Notes under the pieces: model-generated
Databases searched by the model: none
What the model was told of the DNA's origin: nothing
Seen by the model: only the letters and a program-made list of their open reading frames with translations
Assembly: GCA_964517615.1 (NCBI GenBank)
Contig: CAZFEH010000001.1
Coordinates: 21,961 to 85,960, forward strand
Length of the DNA: 64,000 bases
Direction of reading: 5' to 3'
Origin: an uncultured Demequinaceae bacterium
GTDB taxonomy: Bacteria; Actinomycetota; Actinomycetes; Actinomycetales; Demequinaceae
Part shown: positions 29,686 through 39,586 of the stretch, piece after piece
Layout: each line of letters starts with the position of its first letter
How positions within the stretch are numbered: the first letter of the stretch is position 1
Position numbers and translations under genes: made by a program

Positions 29686-30672
29686 ATGAGTGCCGCTCAG
29701 CTCTGGCCCGCGCGCGAGGTGCCGCTGGGGGGTCTGCGCGCCATGACGGTCATGCGCACCCTGCCCCAACGCGGCCTGCCCACGGTGGGCGCGTGGTGCT
29801 TCCTGGACCGTTTTGGCCCGCAGCGCACCACCATGCGCGTGGAGCCGCACCCCCACATGGGGCTTCAGACCGTGACATGGCCGCTCACCGGCCAGGTGCG
29901 CCACCGCGACAGCCTGGGCAGCGACGTGGTGCTGCGCGGGGGCGAGCTCAACCTCATGACGAGCGGCGCGGGCATCGCCCACTCCGAATACTCTCTGAGT
30001 GACGGCGAGAACGGCGACGAGAGCAACGGCGAGGGCGGCGACGCCTTGCTCGATGCCCTCCAGTTGTGGATCGCGCTGCCCCAGTCCGCCCGCATGGGCC
30101 CGCGCGGATTCGAGCGCCACCGCACCCTGCCCGTGCTGGAACTGGCCTCCACAGGGGCCGGGGCTCAAGGACGCGCGACCGTCGTCATGGGCACGCTCGG
30201 CACCGTGACCTCCCCCGCGACGACCTACACCCCGCTCGTGGGAGCCCAGGTGGACGTGCCCGCCGGGGCGAGCGTGACGGTGCCGCTGCGCGCGGACTGG
30301 GAGCACGCACTGCTCCTGATCGACGGCGAGGTATCGCCGCACGATGCCGCGGGCGACCTGCCCGCGCCCGCCGACGGTGCCCTGCTGTACCTGGAGCCGG
30401 GGCGCGACGAGGTGCGTCTCGCAAGCCACGACGGCGCGCGGGTCTTCCTCCTGGGAGGTGAGCCCTTTCCCGACGATCTGGTCATGTGGTGGAACTTCGT
30501 GGGCCGCAGCCACGAGGAGATCGTCCAGGCGCGCGAGGAATGGCAGGAGCGCAGCGGGCGCTTCGGCGACGTCGCCGGCCACGGTGACGTGCGCATTCCC
30601 GCACCTGACCTGCCCGCGGTTCGCCTGACACCACGGCGCAGGGAGGCGCCGCGGGGCGACGGGAAGCCCTGA
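29686..30672 (+). CDS. Pirin-family protein
   Basis: PHPHMGLQTVTW, HRDSLG, MTSGAGIAHSE, QLWIALP, MWWNFV. Confidence 0.92.
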   Translation: MSAAQLWPAREVPLGGLRAMTVMRTLPQRGLPTVGAWCFLDRFGPQRTTMRVEPHPHMGLQTVTWPLTGQVRHRDSLGSDVVLRGGELNLMTSGAGIAHSEYSLSDGENGDESNGEGGDALLDALQLWIALPQSARMGPRGFERHRTLPVLELASTGAGAQGRATVVMGTLGTVTSPATTYTPLVGAQVDVPAGASVTVPLRADWEHALLLIDGEVSPHDAAGDLPAPADGALLYLEPGRDEVRLASHDGARVFLLGGEPFPDDLVMWWNFVGRSHEEIVQAREEWQERSGRFGDVAGHGDVRIPAPDLPAVRLTPRRREAPRGDGKP

Positions 30673-30745
30673 CTGTCGGTGGGCTGACGTATCCTGAATC
30701 ACTCGCCGAACCCTTCATCCGGCGTCAGTTCTCACTAAGGTCCGC

Positions 30746-32233
30746 ATGTCTCACTCCTCCACGCCCGCCCTCACCGAGCCCACCGAGGGCGCCGTCACCG
30801 ACGCCCCCACGGAACTCGACCCTGCCCTGAAGCGGCGCAACACGGTGGTGATCTGGCTGCTCATCGTCGCGGCCTTCACCGTGATCCTCAACGAGACGAT
30901 CATGGGCATCGCCATCCCGCACCTCATGGAGGATCTGCACATCACCGCGGTGGCGGCCCAGTGGCTCACCGCGGGCTTCCTGCTCACGATGGCCGTGGTG
31001 ATCCCCCTCACCGGATTCATCCTGGAGCGCTTCACCACGCGTGCAGTGTTCCTCGCGGCCGCAGGCCTGTTCACCGCAGGCACCCTGCTGGGCGCCCTCG
31101 CACCCGGCTTCGAGGTGCTGCTCGCGGCGCGCGTCGTCCAGGCCACCGGCACCGCGATCATGTTCCCGCTGCTCATGACCACCGTGATGCAGCTCGAACC
31201 TCCCGCCACTCGCGGACGCCGCATGGGCAACATCGCCATCGTCATCTCCGTGGCCCCCGCCATCGGCCCCACCATCTCCGGACTCATCCTGCAGGTGCTC
31301 CCCTGGCGCTTCCTGTACCTCTTTGTGCTGCCGGTCGCGATCACGGTGCTCGTCCTGGGATGGCGCAAGATGGTGAACATCACCGAACCCAAGCACTCCG
31401 CGCCGGACTGGCTGTCCGTGCCGTTGGCCCTGCTGGGGTTCGGCGGGCTGGTGCTGGGCCTGAGCCTTCTGGGCGAGGGCACCCACGGCTCCCCGGCGAC
31501 GATGCTCCTGCCGCTCGGCGTCGGTGTGGTCGCCATGTGCCTGTTCGTGTGGCGTCAGCTGGCGCGCGGCAAGACCGGCAACCCCCTGCTGGACCTGCGC
31601 ACCTTCACCTCACCCACCTTCACGCTCGCGGTGGTGATGTTCATCGTGGCCATGATGGGCATGTTCGGGGTGTTCATTCTGCTGCCCATGTTCATGCAGA
31701 ACGTCATGCATCTGTCCGTGCTGCACTCGGGCCTGCTCATGCTCCCCGGCGGCCTGCTGTCCGGCCTGCTCGCACCCGGCGTGGGGCGCCTGTACGACAA
31801 GGTGGGGCCCCGACCGCTCGTGATCCCGGGCACCATCGCACTCACCGGGGCCGTGGCGCTCCTGGCGTTCCTGGCGCGCGAGGGCGTCGGCTGGCCGGCC
31901 ATCCTCGGAGGCAACCTGCTGTTCTCCACCGGATTGGCGCTGCTGTTCACGCCGCTGTTCTCCGCGAGCATGGGCGCCCTGCCCAAGCACCTGTACTCGC
32001 ATGGCTCCGCCACCTTGTCAGCCTTGCAGCAGGTCGCTGCGGCCGCGGGCACCGCGATGTTCGTGGCGATCATGTCTGCGGTCGCGGCTCAGCAGGTGCT
32101 GGCAGGGGCATCGGACGCGGCCGCGCAGGCGCACGGGATTCGCACCGCCTTCACCCTGGCCGCATGCATCGCCGCATGCACCGTGGTGATCGCGCCGTTC
32201 ATCCGGCGCCCACCCGCCACCGACGAGGACTAA
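30746..32233 (+). CDS. DHA2-family (LmrB-like) multidrug MFS transporter
   Basis: ILNETIM, QWLTAGFLL, RVVQATGTA, APAIGPTISG; about 14 TM helices. Confidence 0.9.
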   Translation: MSHSSTPALTEPTEGAVTDAPTELDPALKRRNTVVIWLLIVAAFTVILNETIMGIAIPHLMEDLHITAVAAQWLTAGFLLTMAVVIPLTGFILERFTTRAVFLAAAGLFTAGTLLGALAPGFEVLLAARVVQATGTAIMFPLLMTTVMQLEPPATRGRRMGNIAIVISVAPAIGPTISGLILQVLPWRFLYLFVLPVAITVLVLGWRKMVNITEPKHSAPDWLSVPLALLGFGGLVLGLSLLGEGTHGSPATMLLPLGVGVVAMCLFVWRQLARGKTGNPLLDLRTFTSPTFTLAVVMFIVAMMGMFGVFILLPMFMQNVMHLSVLHSGLLMLPGGLLSGLLAPGVGRLYDKVGPRPLVIPGTIALTGAVALLAFLAREGVGWPAILGGNLLFSTGLALLFTPLFSASMGALPKHLYSHGSATLSALQQVAAAAGTAMFVAIMSAVAAQQVLAGASDAAAQAHGIRTAFTLAACIAACTVVIAPFIRRPPATDED

Positions 32234-34728
32234 CGGGGCAGCGCCTGGGCCTGACTGCCCGTGAGGTGCAGCGGGTGGGTGCGCTCCAGTTGGGCGCCCT
32301 CCACGTCCACCTTGGGCAGCAGCCTGTCGAGCCAGCGCGGCATCCACCAGGCTTTGTCTGCCAGCAGATGCATGGCCGAGGGCACGAGCAGCAGGCGCAC
32401 CACGAAGGCGTCGAACAGCACGCCCACCGCGAGGCCGAAGCCGAGCGGTCGCACCATGCCCAGGTGCGAGAACACGAAGCCGCCAAAGACGGAGACCATG
32501 ATGATGGCCGCCGAGATCACCACGGCTCGCCCCAGCCGCACGCCTGCCACCACCGCGTACTGCGCGGGCAGGCCGTGCACGTAGGCCTCGCGCATTCCCG
32601 AGCCCAGGAACAGCTGATAGTCCATCGCCAGGCCAAAGAGCACACCCATGATGAGGATGGGGGCGAAGCTCAGCAGTGGCCCCGGATGGTGCACCCCGAA
32701 GACCGAGCCCCACCAGCCCCACTGGTAGACGGCGGTCATCGCCCCGAGCGCCGCCACGAGGGACAGCACGAAGCCGCCGGTCGCGATGACGGGCATCACC
32801 AGGGAGCGGAACACCACCACCAGGATGACGGTGGACAGGCCCACCACCACCGCAAGATACAGCGGCAGCGCCGCGGCCAGCTTGGCCGAGATGTCGATGT
32901 TGCCCGTGGCCTGCCCCGCGACCCCCAGCGTGGTGCCGGAGGGGATGTATGTCCCTGCCGCGAGGGGCGACGAGGCACGCAGATCCTCCACCAGCCCCTG
33001 CGTCGAAGCGGCCGTGGGGCCCTCGGTGGGAATGACCTGGAACGCGAAGACCTTGCCCGTGACCGAGGTGCCCACGGGAACCACCGCCACCACGTCGTCG
33101 TGCGCCATGAGGCGTCCGACCACCTCGACCTGCACCGACTGCTGCTGCGCGATGGTCACCGCCGTGGGTGACGTCGCCACGACCAGCAGCGGGCCGTTCA
33201 TGCCCGCCCCGAAGCGCTCGGAGAGGATCTGCTGCGCGCGGTAGGGAGGCGAGTCGGGAGCCTCGGCGGTGCCGTCAGGCAGTCCCAGGCGCATGGTGAA
33301 TGCGGGCAGGGCGATCACGGCGAGCGCGAGCGTGCCGAGCACCCCGGTGGCGATCGCACGTCGGTCCGACATGGGAGTCACCGTCTTGGGGCTGTGGCTG
33401 CCGTCCCCGATGCTGGTGCGGGCTCGGCGGTGAATCACGCGGATTCCCAGCAGGGCCAGCAGTGCGGGGGTGAACGTGACGGAGACTGCCACGGCCACAA
33501 GCACGCAGAATGCGGCGACCACGCCCATCGCTGTGAGGAAGGGGATGCCCGTGACGCCAAGCGCCAGGAGGGCGACCACGACCGTGGCTCCGGCGAATAC
33601 CACCGCGTTGCCGGCGGTGCCGTTGGCGAGCGCCACGGATTCGCCCAGGTCTGCGCCGGCGAGCACCTGGCGGCGGTGGCGATACAGGATGAACAGCGCG
33701 TAGTCGATGCCCACCGCCAGACCCAGCATGACCCCGAGCATGGGGGTCACGGCGGACATGTCCACCGAGCCGGACAGGGCCATCGAGCCCAGCACGGCCA
33801 CGCCCACTCCCAGAAGAGAGTTCAGCAGCGGCACCGCCGCGGGGAGCACGCTGCGCAGCATGACGAGCAGCACCAGGGCGGCGAGCGCCAGGCCGATGAT
33901 CTCCCCGGGACCGAGCAGGCCCGAGATGTCCGAGGCGATCACGCTGTTGTAGGCGATCTCCACCCCGGCGATAGTCTGCGTGTCCAGCACGTCCGCCACG
34001 GCCTGCTTGATCTCGGCCGGCATCGTGTACTGGTCCTGCGCGAAGGAGACGAAAGCCACTGCCGCGGAGCCGTCCTCTGACACGGTGCGCATGCTCGCGG
34101 CCGCATCCCACAGCGCGCGCCCCTCCCCCAGCTGCTTGATGTTCTGAGACAGTTCCGCGCGCGCCTGCATCACCTCATCCAGGGCAGAGTCGATCTGCTC
34201 CTGCTGCTGCGCGAGCGACGACGCGAGCAGCGCATACGTGCCAGTCGCCTTGGCCACGGAGACGGCCAGGTCGAGCTTGTCCTGGTCGGAGGCGAGCCCG
34301 GCTTGCGCCTCATCGAGCTGGTCGATCGCCGCGACCGCCTGCTCCTTGCCCGCCTTGAGTTGAGCATCGGCCTGCTCCCTGACCTGCGCGGTGCCGAAGG
34401 GGTCAACGGCGGCCACTACGCCGTCGAGCTGCTCGATCGTGATGAGACGCCAGCTGATCGCGGCACGCTGCTCGGGGCTGAAGGGACGGCCGTCGGTGGT
34501 GGCGAACACCACGGTGGCCGTCGCGCCGGTGACCTGCGGGATGGAATCCGCGAGCTTCTTGGTCACGCGCTCCGTCTCCGTGCCCGGAATCGAGAAGGAG
34601 TTGGTGAACTGGCCACCGAAGACGGCGAAGGCGCCGCCGGCCACCAGCAGGATGGCCGTCCAGGCGATCAGGACGGCCCGCGCATGACGTGCGCACGCCC
34701 TGCCTATGCGGTACAGCAGGTTGGCCAC
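32230..34728 (-). CDS. MMPL-family (RND) transporter
   Basis: SIPGTE, GLAVGIDYALF, GLAMDYQLFL, DAFVVRLLLVP, WWMPRWLDRLLP; coiled-coil insert. Confidence 0.92.
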   Translation of the reverse strand: MANLLYRIGRACARHARAVLIAWTAILLVAGGAFAVFGGQFTNSFSIPGTETERVTKKLADSIPQVTGATATVVFATTDGRPFSPEQRAAISWRLITIEQLDGVVAAVDPFGTAQVREQADAQLKAGKEQAVAAIDQLDEAQAGLASDQDKLDLAVSVAKATGTYALLASSLAQQQEQIDSALDEVMQARAELSQNIKQLGEGRALWDAAASMRTVSEDGSAAVAFVSFAQDQYTMPAEIKQAVADVLDTQTIAGVEIAYNSVIASDISGLLGPGEIIGLALAALVLLVMLRSVLPAAVPLLNSLLGVGVAVLGSMALSGSVDMSAVTPMLGVMLGLAVGIDYALFILYRHRRQVLAGADLGESVALANGTAGNAVVFAGATVVVALLALGVTGIPFLTAMGVVAAFCVLVAVAVSVTFTPALLALLGIRVIHRRARTSIGDGSHSPKTVTPMSDRRAIATGVLGTLALAVIALPAFTMRLGLPDGTAEAPDSPPYRAQQILSERFGAGMNGPLLVVATSPTAVTIAQQQSVQVEVVGRLMAHDDVVAVVPVGTSVTGKVFAFQVIPTEGPTAASTQGLVEDLRASSPLAAGTYIPSGTTLGVAGQATGNIDISAKLAAALPLYLAVVVGLSTVILVVVFRSLVMPVIATGGFVLSLVAALGAMTAVYQWGWWGSVFGVHHPGPLLSFAPILIMGVLFGLAMDYQLFLGSGMREAYVHGLPAQYAVVAGVRLGRAVVISAAIIMVSVFGGFVFSHLGMVRPLGFGLAVGVLFDAFVVRLLLVPSAMHLLADKAWWMPRWLDRLLPKVDVEGAQLERTHPLHLTGSQAQALPR

Positions 34729-34852
34729 CTCGGCTCCTCACGATGTAGTTCGGCTGGCATGTCTCGGTACGGCCCGGCGGTGACGACGCCACCGGCACGG
34801 GTGATCTGGCTGAACAACGCGGAGCGCATCCCCCACGTTCCCGGGTCCGGTG

Positions 34853-35494
34853 TCACGCGTCACGCGGCGCGACGGCTGCGATGAGGCGCGTCACCCACCG
34901 GTACAGGTGGTCCAGCTCGGCGTCGCTCACCGAGTGTCCCATACGCGGGTACAGATGCACCTCACCCGTGGCGTGGGACTCGATCCAGGCCTGGGTATCG
35001 CTCACCGCGCGCGCCGGGATCACCGGGTCCGCATCTCCCCTGCCCCAGAACACCTGTGGGCGCCGCTCGGCGAGCGTGGCATCGGCCGTCTGGGGGGAGG
35101 CCTGCACGTAGCCGGACAGGATCACCGCGCCCAGGCAGCGCTCGGGCCGGGTGCGCAGCAACTGGGTGGCCATGCACCCGCCCTGCGAGAAGCCCACAGG
35201 AAGGATCAGGGCCTCCGGTGCCAGATTCGCATCGACCCACGCCCACAGCGCGTCGGTCGCCTGGCCGATGGCGTGCTCGGCGGGCGCGAGGACGTCGAGC
35301 TGATCAAGGTGATACCAGGCGTGGCCGAAGGCGGGGTGGCGCAGCGGAGCACGGACCGAGGCCCAGGGAAGGGAGGGCAGGTGAGGCACGAGACCCGCGA
35401 GGTCCCGCTCGTCGGAGCCGTAGCCGTGAAGTAGAACGAGGACCGGGCCGGTGGCCTGGTCGAGGCCGTCCGACGTGAGGGCGTGAAGGGTCAC
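34853..35494 (-). CDS. Alpha/beta hydrolase (phospholipase/carboxylesterase)
   Basis: LLHGYGSDE, GFSQG nucleophile elbow, DPVI, GHSV. Confidence 0.88.
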   Translation of the reverse strand: MTLHALTSDGLDQATGPVLVLLHGYGSDERDLAGLVPHLPSLPWASVRAPLRHPAFGHAWYHLDQLDVLAPAEHAIGQATDALWAWVDANLAPEALILPVGFSQGGCMATQLLRTRPERCLGAVILSGYVQASPQTADATLAERRPQVFWGRGDADPVIPARAVSDTQAWIESHATGEVHLYPRMGHSVSDAELDHLYRWVTRLIAAVAPRDA

Positions 35495-35586
35495 TGGGGC
35501 TCCTTGGGGTGTGATCCCGATCTCGATTCACCTTAGCCCAGCACGGGTGGACCCTTCCCCTTGGTTCGGTTGCAGTAGTCGCCCGA

Positions 35587-35607
35587 ATACTCCTGGGGGT
35601 ATATAAT
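35587..35607 (+). promoter_or_regulatory. CsoR/CstR-type operator abutting a -10 TATAAT
   Basis: ATACTCCTGGGGGTAT pseudo-palindrome with G/C tract, followed by TATAAT at 35602-35607. Confidence 0.65.
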
Positions 35608-35649
35608 CGATAGTGAAGTCACACCCACTCGTCGCCGAAAGGAACCACC

Positions 35650-35769
35650 ATGTGTCACCGAATCACCTGCGCGCAATGCGGCAAGCCGACCTGGACCGGA
35701 TGCGGTCAGCACATCGAGCTTGCGCTCATGGGCGTGCCCGAGCGCCACCGCTGCCACTGCGGCTTCTAG
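35650..35769 (+). CDS. 39-aa Cys-rich microprotein
   Basis: Below the ORF-track cutoff. RBS GAAAGGA; MCHRITCAQCGKPTWTGCGQHIELALMGVPERHRCHCGF. Confidence 0.75.
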   Translation: MCHRITCAQCGKPTWTGCGQHIELALMGVPERHRCHCGF

Positions 35770-35792
35770 TCCCTATGGAAGGCAATCATCCG

Positions 35793-37484
35793 ATGCGTCT
35801 GGTGATCGTGGGCGGAGTGGCCGGCGGCATGAGCGCGGCCGCTCGCGCGCGCCGGCTCGACGAGCACGCGGAGATCATCGTGCTCGAACGCGGGAGCCAC
35901 GTCTCCTTCGCCAACTGCGGCCTGCCCTACTACGTGGGTGGCGAGATCGCCGACCCCGGCGCGCTCCTGCTCCACACCCCCGAGTCACTGCGCGTCTCCC
36001 TCGACCTGGACGTACGCATCGGCTCCGAGGTTGTCGCCGTGGACGCCGCCGCGCGCGTGGTCACGGTGCGCCGGGCGGACCCGAACGGCGGGGATGAGAC
36101 CTATGAACTCTCCTACGACGCCCTCGTCCTCTCCCCCGGCGCGCAGACCGTCCGGCCCGACATCCCCGGACTGGACTCGCCGCGGGTGCACACGTTGCGC
36201 TCGGTGGACGATGCGCTGGCCATCCACGAGCGTGTGGGCGCCGGCGCGGGGCGAGCCGTGGTGCTGGGCGCGGGGTTCATCGGCGTGGAGGCCGCCGAGG
36301 CCCTCGCCCAGCGCGGCGTGAAGACCACGCTCGTTGAAATCGCCCCCCATGTACTCCCCCCGCTCGAGGAGGAACTCGCGAGCCTGGTCACGGGCCAGTT
36401 GACTCGGCTCGGCATCGACGTGCGTGCCGGCGTGGCCGCCCAGGCCATCGAGGCCGGCGCCTTGGCCGACGTAGTGGCTCTGAGCGACGGCGCCCGCATT
36501 GAAGCCGACCTGGTGCTCCTGTCCGTGGGCGTGCGCCCCGACACCGCGATCTTCGAGGCCGCGGGCGTGGCCTGCGAACGCGGCGCCATGGTGGTGGACC
36601 AGCATGGCCGCACCTCTCAGCCGGGCATCTGGGCTGTAGGCGATGCGACGCTCAGCATCGACGCCGTGACGGGCGCGCGCCGACCGGTCCCCCTCGCGGG
36701 CCCTGCCAACCGGGCCGGCCGGCTCGTGGCGGACCACATCCTCCGCCCCGGCACTGCGCGCGCCATCCCCGCGCCCCTGGGGACGGCCATCGTCCGCGTG
36801 GGCGTGCTCACCGCGGCCATGACGGGCGCCAACCGCCAATCTCTTGCCGCGGCCGGCATCGGCTACCAGACCCTCCATCTGCACCCGCTGCAGCACGCGG
36901 GCTACTTCCCCGGTGCCTCCCAGGTACACCTGATGGTGCACTTCCGCGCCGAGGACGGCCTGCTGCTGGGCGCGCAGGCGGTGGGTCTCGACGGCGTGGA
37001 CAAGCGCATCGACGTGCTCGCCACAGCGCTGCGCGCGGGGATGAGCGTCGAGGACCTCATCGACCTCGACCTGGCCTACTCGCCCCCCTACGGCCAGGCC
37101 AAGGATCCGGTCAACCTGGCGGGGATGATCGGCGAGAACGTCCTGCGGGGCGAGCTGGCCCTGTGGTACGCCCAAGATCTGGAAGCCGTCACGGCACAGG
37201 CCCTGATGCTGGACGTGCGCACGGAGGTCGAGTTCGCCCGCGGCCATCTGCCGGGCGTGCTCCACATCCCTCACACCCGGTTGCGTGCGCGCCTCGACGA
37301 GGTGCGCGAGGCGGCCGCGGGACGCCCGGTGCGCGTCGTGTGCGCCTCGGGGGTGCGCTCCGCCCTCGCCCACCGGGTGCTCGCCCAGGAGGGCTTTGAC
37401 TCTGCGTCGCTGTCAGGTGGGATGATGACCCTGTCCATGGTGCAGGGCGCACAGCAGTCGAGTTCTCGGAAGGAGACGTCATGA
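35793..37484 (+). CDS. CoA-disulfide/persulfide reductase with C-terminal rhodanese domain (CoADR-RHD)
   Basis: GGVAGGMSAA, SFANCGLPY, GAGFIG, DLAYSPPY, LDVRT...CASGVRS. Confidence 0.9.
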   Translation: MRLVIVGGVAGGMSAAARARRLDEHAEIIVLERGSHVSFANCGLPYYVGGEIADPGALLLHTPESLRVSLDLDVRIGSEVVAVDAAARVVTVRRADPNGGDETYELSYDALVLSPGAQTVRPDIPGLDSPRVHTLRSVDDALAIHERVGAGAGRAVVLGAGFIGVEAAEALAQRGVKTTLVEIAPHVLPPLEEELASLVTGQLTRLGIDVRAGVAAQAIEAGALADVVALSDGARIEADLVLLSVGVRPDTAIFEAAGVACERGAMVVDQHGRTSQPGIWAVGDATLSIDAVTGARRPVPLAGPANRAGRLVADHILRPGTARAIPAPLGTAIVRVGVLTAAMTGANRQSLAAAGIGYQTLHLHPLQHAGYFPGASQVHLMVHFRAEDGLLLGAQAVGLDGVDKRIDVLATALRAGMSVEDLIDLDLAYSPPYGQAKDPVNLAGMIGENVLRGELALWYAQDLEAVTAQALMLDVRTEVEFARGHLPGVLHIPHTRLRARLDEVREAAAGRPVRVVCASGVRSALAHRVLAQEGFDSASLSGGMMTLSMVQGAQQSSSRKETS

Positions 37485-37756
37485 CCGTCGCAGATCCCGA
37501 GGTCCGCAAGCGCATCGTCAATCGCCTGCGCCGCGCCCGCGGCCAGCTCGACGCAGTCATCACCGCGGTCGAGGACGAGCGCTCCTGCCGCGAGGTGGTG
37601 ACCCAACTCGCCGCGGTCTCCGCGGCGCTCGACCGCGCTGGCTTCGCCATCATCTCCACCGCCATGAAGGACTGTGTGGCCAACCCCGAGAATGGTCACG
37701 AAGAAGACGGCATCACCACGGAGGAGCTGGAGAGACTCTTCCTGATGCTCTCCTGA
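37481..37756 (+). CDS. CsoR/RcnR-family regulator, probably CstR-like
   Basis: NRLRRARGQL...SCREVVTQLAAV...MKDC; two Cys and no Cu-ligand His. Confidence 0.85.
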   Translation: MTVADPEVRKRIVNRLRRARGQLDAVITAVEDERSCREVVTQLAAVSAALDRAGFAIISTAMKDCVANPENGHEEDGITTEELERLFLMLS

Positions 37757-37766
37757 GTCACCGGGG

Positions 37767-38171
37767 TCAGTCCGCGTGCAGCAGCGCGGCGGCCCGCACC
37801 AGGGCGATGATCCCCTCCCGCTGCTCGCCCACCTTCACCGGATCGCCCAGCTTGACGTGACGCATCTTGGCCGTGCCGCCCAGCAGCCCCTGCGGATCCT
37901 CCAGGCGCGAGCCGTCGAAGAGGTGCAGGGACACCCATGCGCTGTACGGCGCGACGGCACCCAGACCCCAGCCGTTGTAGCCGTACTGGTGCGCGCCGTA
38001 GCCGATCATGCCGTCGACCGTGTCCACGGAGACTTTGACGTCGGGCAGCGCCTCGAGTATCAGCCCGTGGAAAGCGAGATACACCTGGACCACCGCGGGC
38101 GCCCTGCCCTCGACGAGAGCCTCCAGCCGCTCCACGGTGGGCGCGTCAATGTGGGGGTGCGTCTTGGCCAT
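37767..38171 (-). CDS. DUF1801-like protein
   Basis: VSLHLFDGSRLEDPQGLLGGTAKMRHVK resembles the DUF1801 C-terminus. Confidence 0.65.
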   Translation of the reverse strand: MAKTHPHIDAPTVERLEALVEGRAPAVVQVYLAFHGLILEALPDVKVSVDTVDGMIGYGAHQYGYNGWGLGAVAPYSAWVSLHLFDGSRLEDPQGLLGGTAKMRHVKLGDPVKVGEQREGIIALVRAAALLHAD

Positions 38172-38201
38172 GAGGCGAGTCTATGCGGAGGGGCCCGCGT
38201 G

Positions 38202-39152
38202 TCAGAGGGCCACCGTGTGCGGGGGGCGCGAGAGGTCGGATGCCCCCGGCTCGTCTCGCCACGGGGTCATGGTGGCCACCACTGCGGGGGGCGCAAGGCG
38301 CGGGTCGGTCGCGACGAGGTCGAGGAGGTGCGCCTCCGCGGCCTCGCCTCCCCCGTCTGCGGCGACGGTGAGCCGTGCCACGTCGTCGGCCAGGGCCGCC
38401 TCCTCCTCGCTCGGGCCGTCGGCGCCGCTCATGCCCTCCCACCCGTCCCACAGGAGCACCTCGTGCCGTCCCCGGAACGCGGCATCGCGCACCACGGCGG
38501 TCTGCAGGAACCACGGGCCGCAGAAGGGCAGCCCCGGAGCCACGCCGTAGCGCAGCGGGTCGACCGCGCCGTCTCGGTAGGCGAGCCACACCTCGGCGGC
38601 GGTCTGGTAGGGCGCCCCCGGTCCGACCGGCTGGTCCCAGGGGTTCGCAAGCCCTGGGATCGGCTCGCCGAACTCCGGATCGCACCGTTGCCAACGCCGT
38701 CCCTCGGCGTCCCACGCCTCCACGATCGCGTGGTCGGTGCCGTACCCGGGGTAGAGGTACTCCGCGAAGCCGTACCGCAGCCGCGCGGGCCGCCCCTGCT
38801 CGCGCAGGCCCGCCACGACCACCAGCGAGTGGTCCCGGCAGCAGCCCTGGACCCGCCGCGTGGCCTCCCGCTCCACGGCGAGGGGCATGTCCCCGTGCCG
38901 CTCCTGGTCGAGGCCGAGGATGGCGCTCACCCACCGCGCATTGGGGTCCTCGCGGGTGTGTGCGGGCAGGTCCAGGCCGGAGGCCCGGTAGTGGACGATG
39001 AGGTTGCGGGAGGCGGTGCAGAGTTCTGTGAGGCCTGCGCCCGCAGCGACCAGCGCCGCACGGTGAGGGCCCGGGTCGCTGACCGCGGTGTGCCGGGCCC
39101 AGGCCGAGGGGTCGTAATCCGCCGAAAGACGCGGCAGGGTGGCGGGCGTCAT
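38202..39152 (-). CDS. Transglutaminase-like domain protein
   Basis: GCCRDH, RYGFAEY, DHAIVEAW, RCDPE (candidate Cys-His-Asp triad). Confidence 0.75.
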   Translation of the reverse strand: MTPATLPRLSADYDPSAWARHTAVSDPGPHRAALVAAGAGLTELCTASRNLIVHYRASGLDLPAHTREDPNARWVSAILGLDQERHGDMPLAVEREATRRVQGCCRDHSLVVVAGLREQGRPARLRYGFAEYLYPGYGTDHAIVEAWDAEGRRWQRCDPEFGEPIPGLANPWDQPVGPGAPYQTAAEVWLAYRDGAVDPLRYGVAPGLPFCGPWFLQTAVVRDAAFRGRHEVLLWDGWEGMSGADGPSEEEAALADDVARLTVAADGGGEAAEAHLLDLVATDPRLAPPAVVATMTPWRDEPGASDLSRPPHTVAL

Positions 39153-39577
39153 CCCTGTGCCTCGCGGGCGCGCAGCGTGAAGGTGCCCGAGGTGAGACGG
39201 GCGTGAGAAGCCGTCAGGATGTCGCGCAGCACCTCCATGTCGATCTTGCCGAGGGAGGTCAGGTAGAGGCAGCCCACCCCGGCCTTATGAGGTCCCAGCC
39301 GGGTGAGGTGGTCCCGGTAGTGACCTACGCCGTCCACAAGATAGACCACCAAGGAGGCCTTGCGCGGGGCGAAGCCGAGCGCACCGCAGTCGCCCTCGCG
39401 GCCCGATTCGTAGTGGAGGTGATAGTCCCCAAAGCCGATGATATTGCCCGTCCACATCTCGGGATCCAGACCCGTGATCTGGCGCATCATGGCGATGAGG
39501 GTGCGGGCGTCCTCCTGCCGTCGCGCCGGGGTGACGCGGGAGACGAACTCCTCCACTGAGGCACCGGTGCGTTCCAT
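39149..39577 (-). CDS. DUF1801 (YdhG-like) protein
   Basis: MWTGNIIGFGDYHLHYESGREG, GFAPRKA, LGPHKAGVGCLY. Confidence 0.8.
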   Translation of the reverse strand: MERTGASVEEFVSRVTPARRQEDARTLIAMMRQITGLDPEMWTGNIIGFGDYHLHYESGREGDCGALGFAPRKASLVVYLVDGVGHYRDHLTRLGPHKAGVGCLYLTSLGKIDMEVLRDILTASHARLTSGTFTLRAREAQG

Positions 39578-39586
39578 GGAGCCAGG

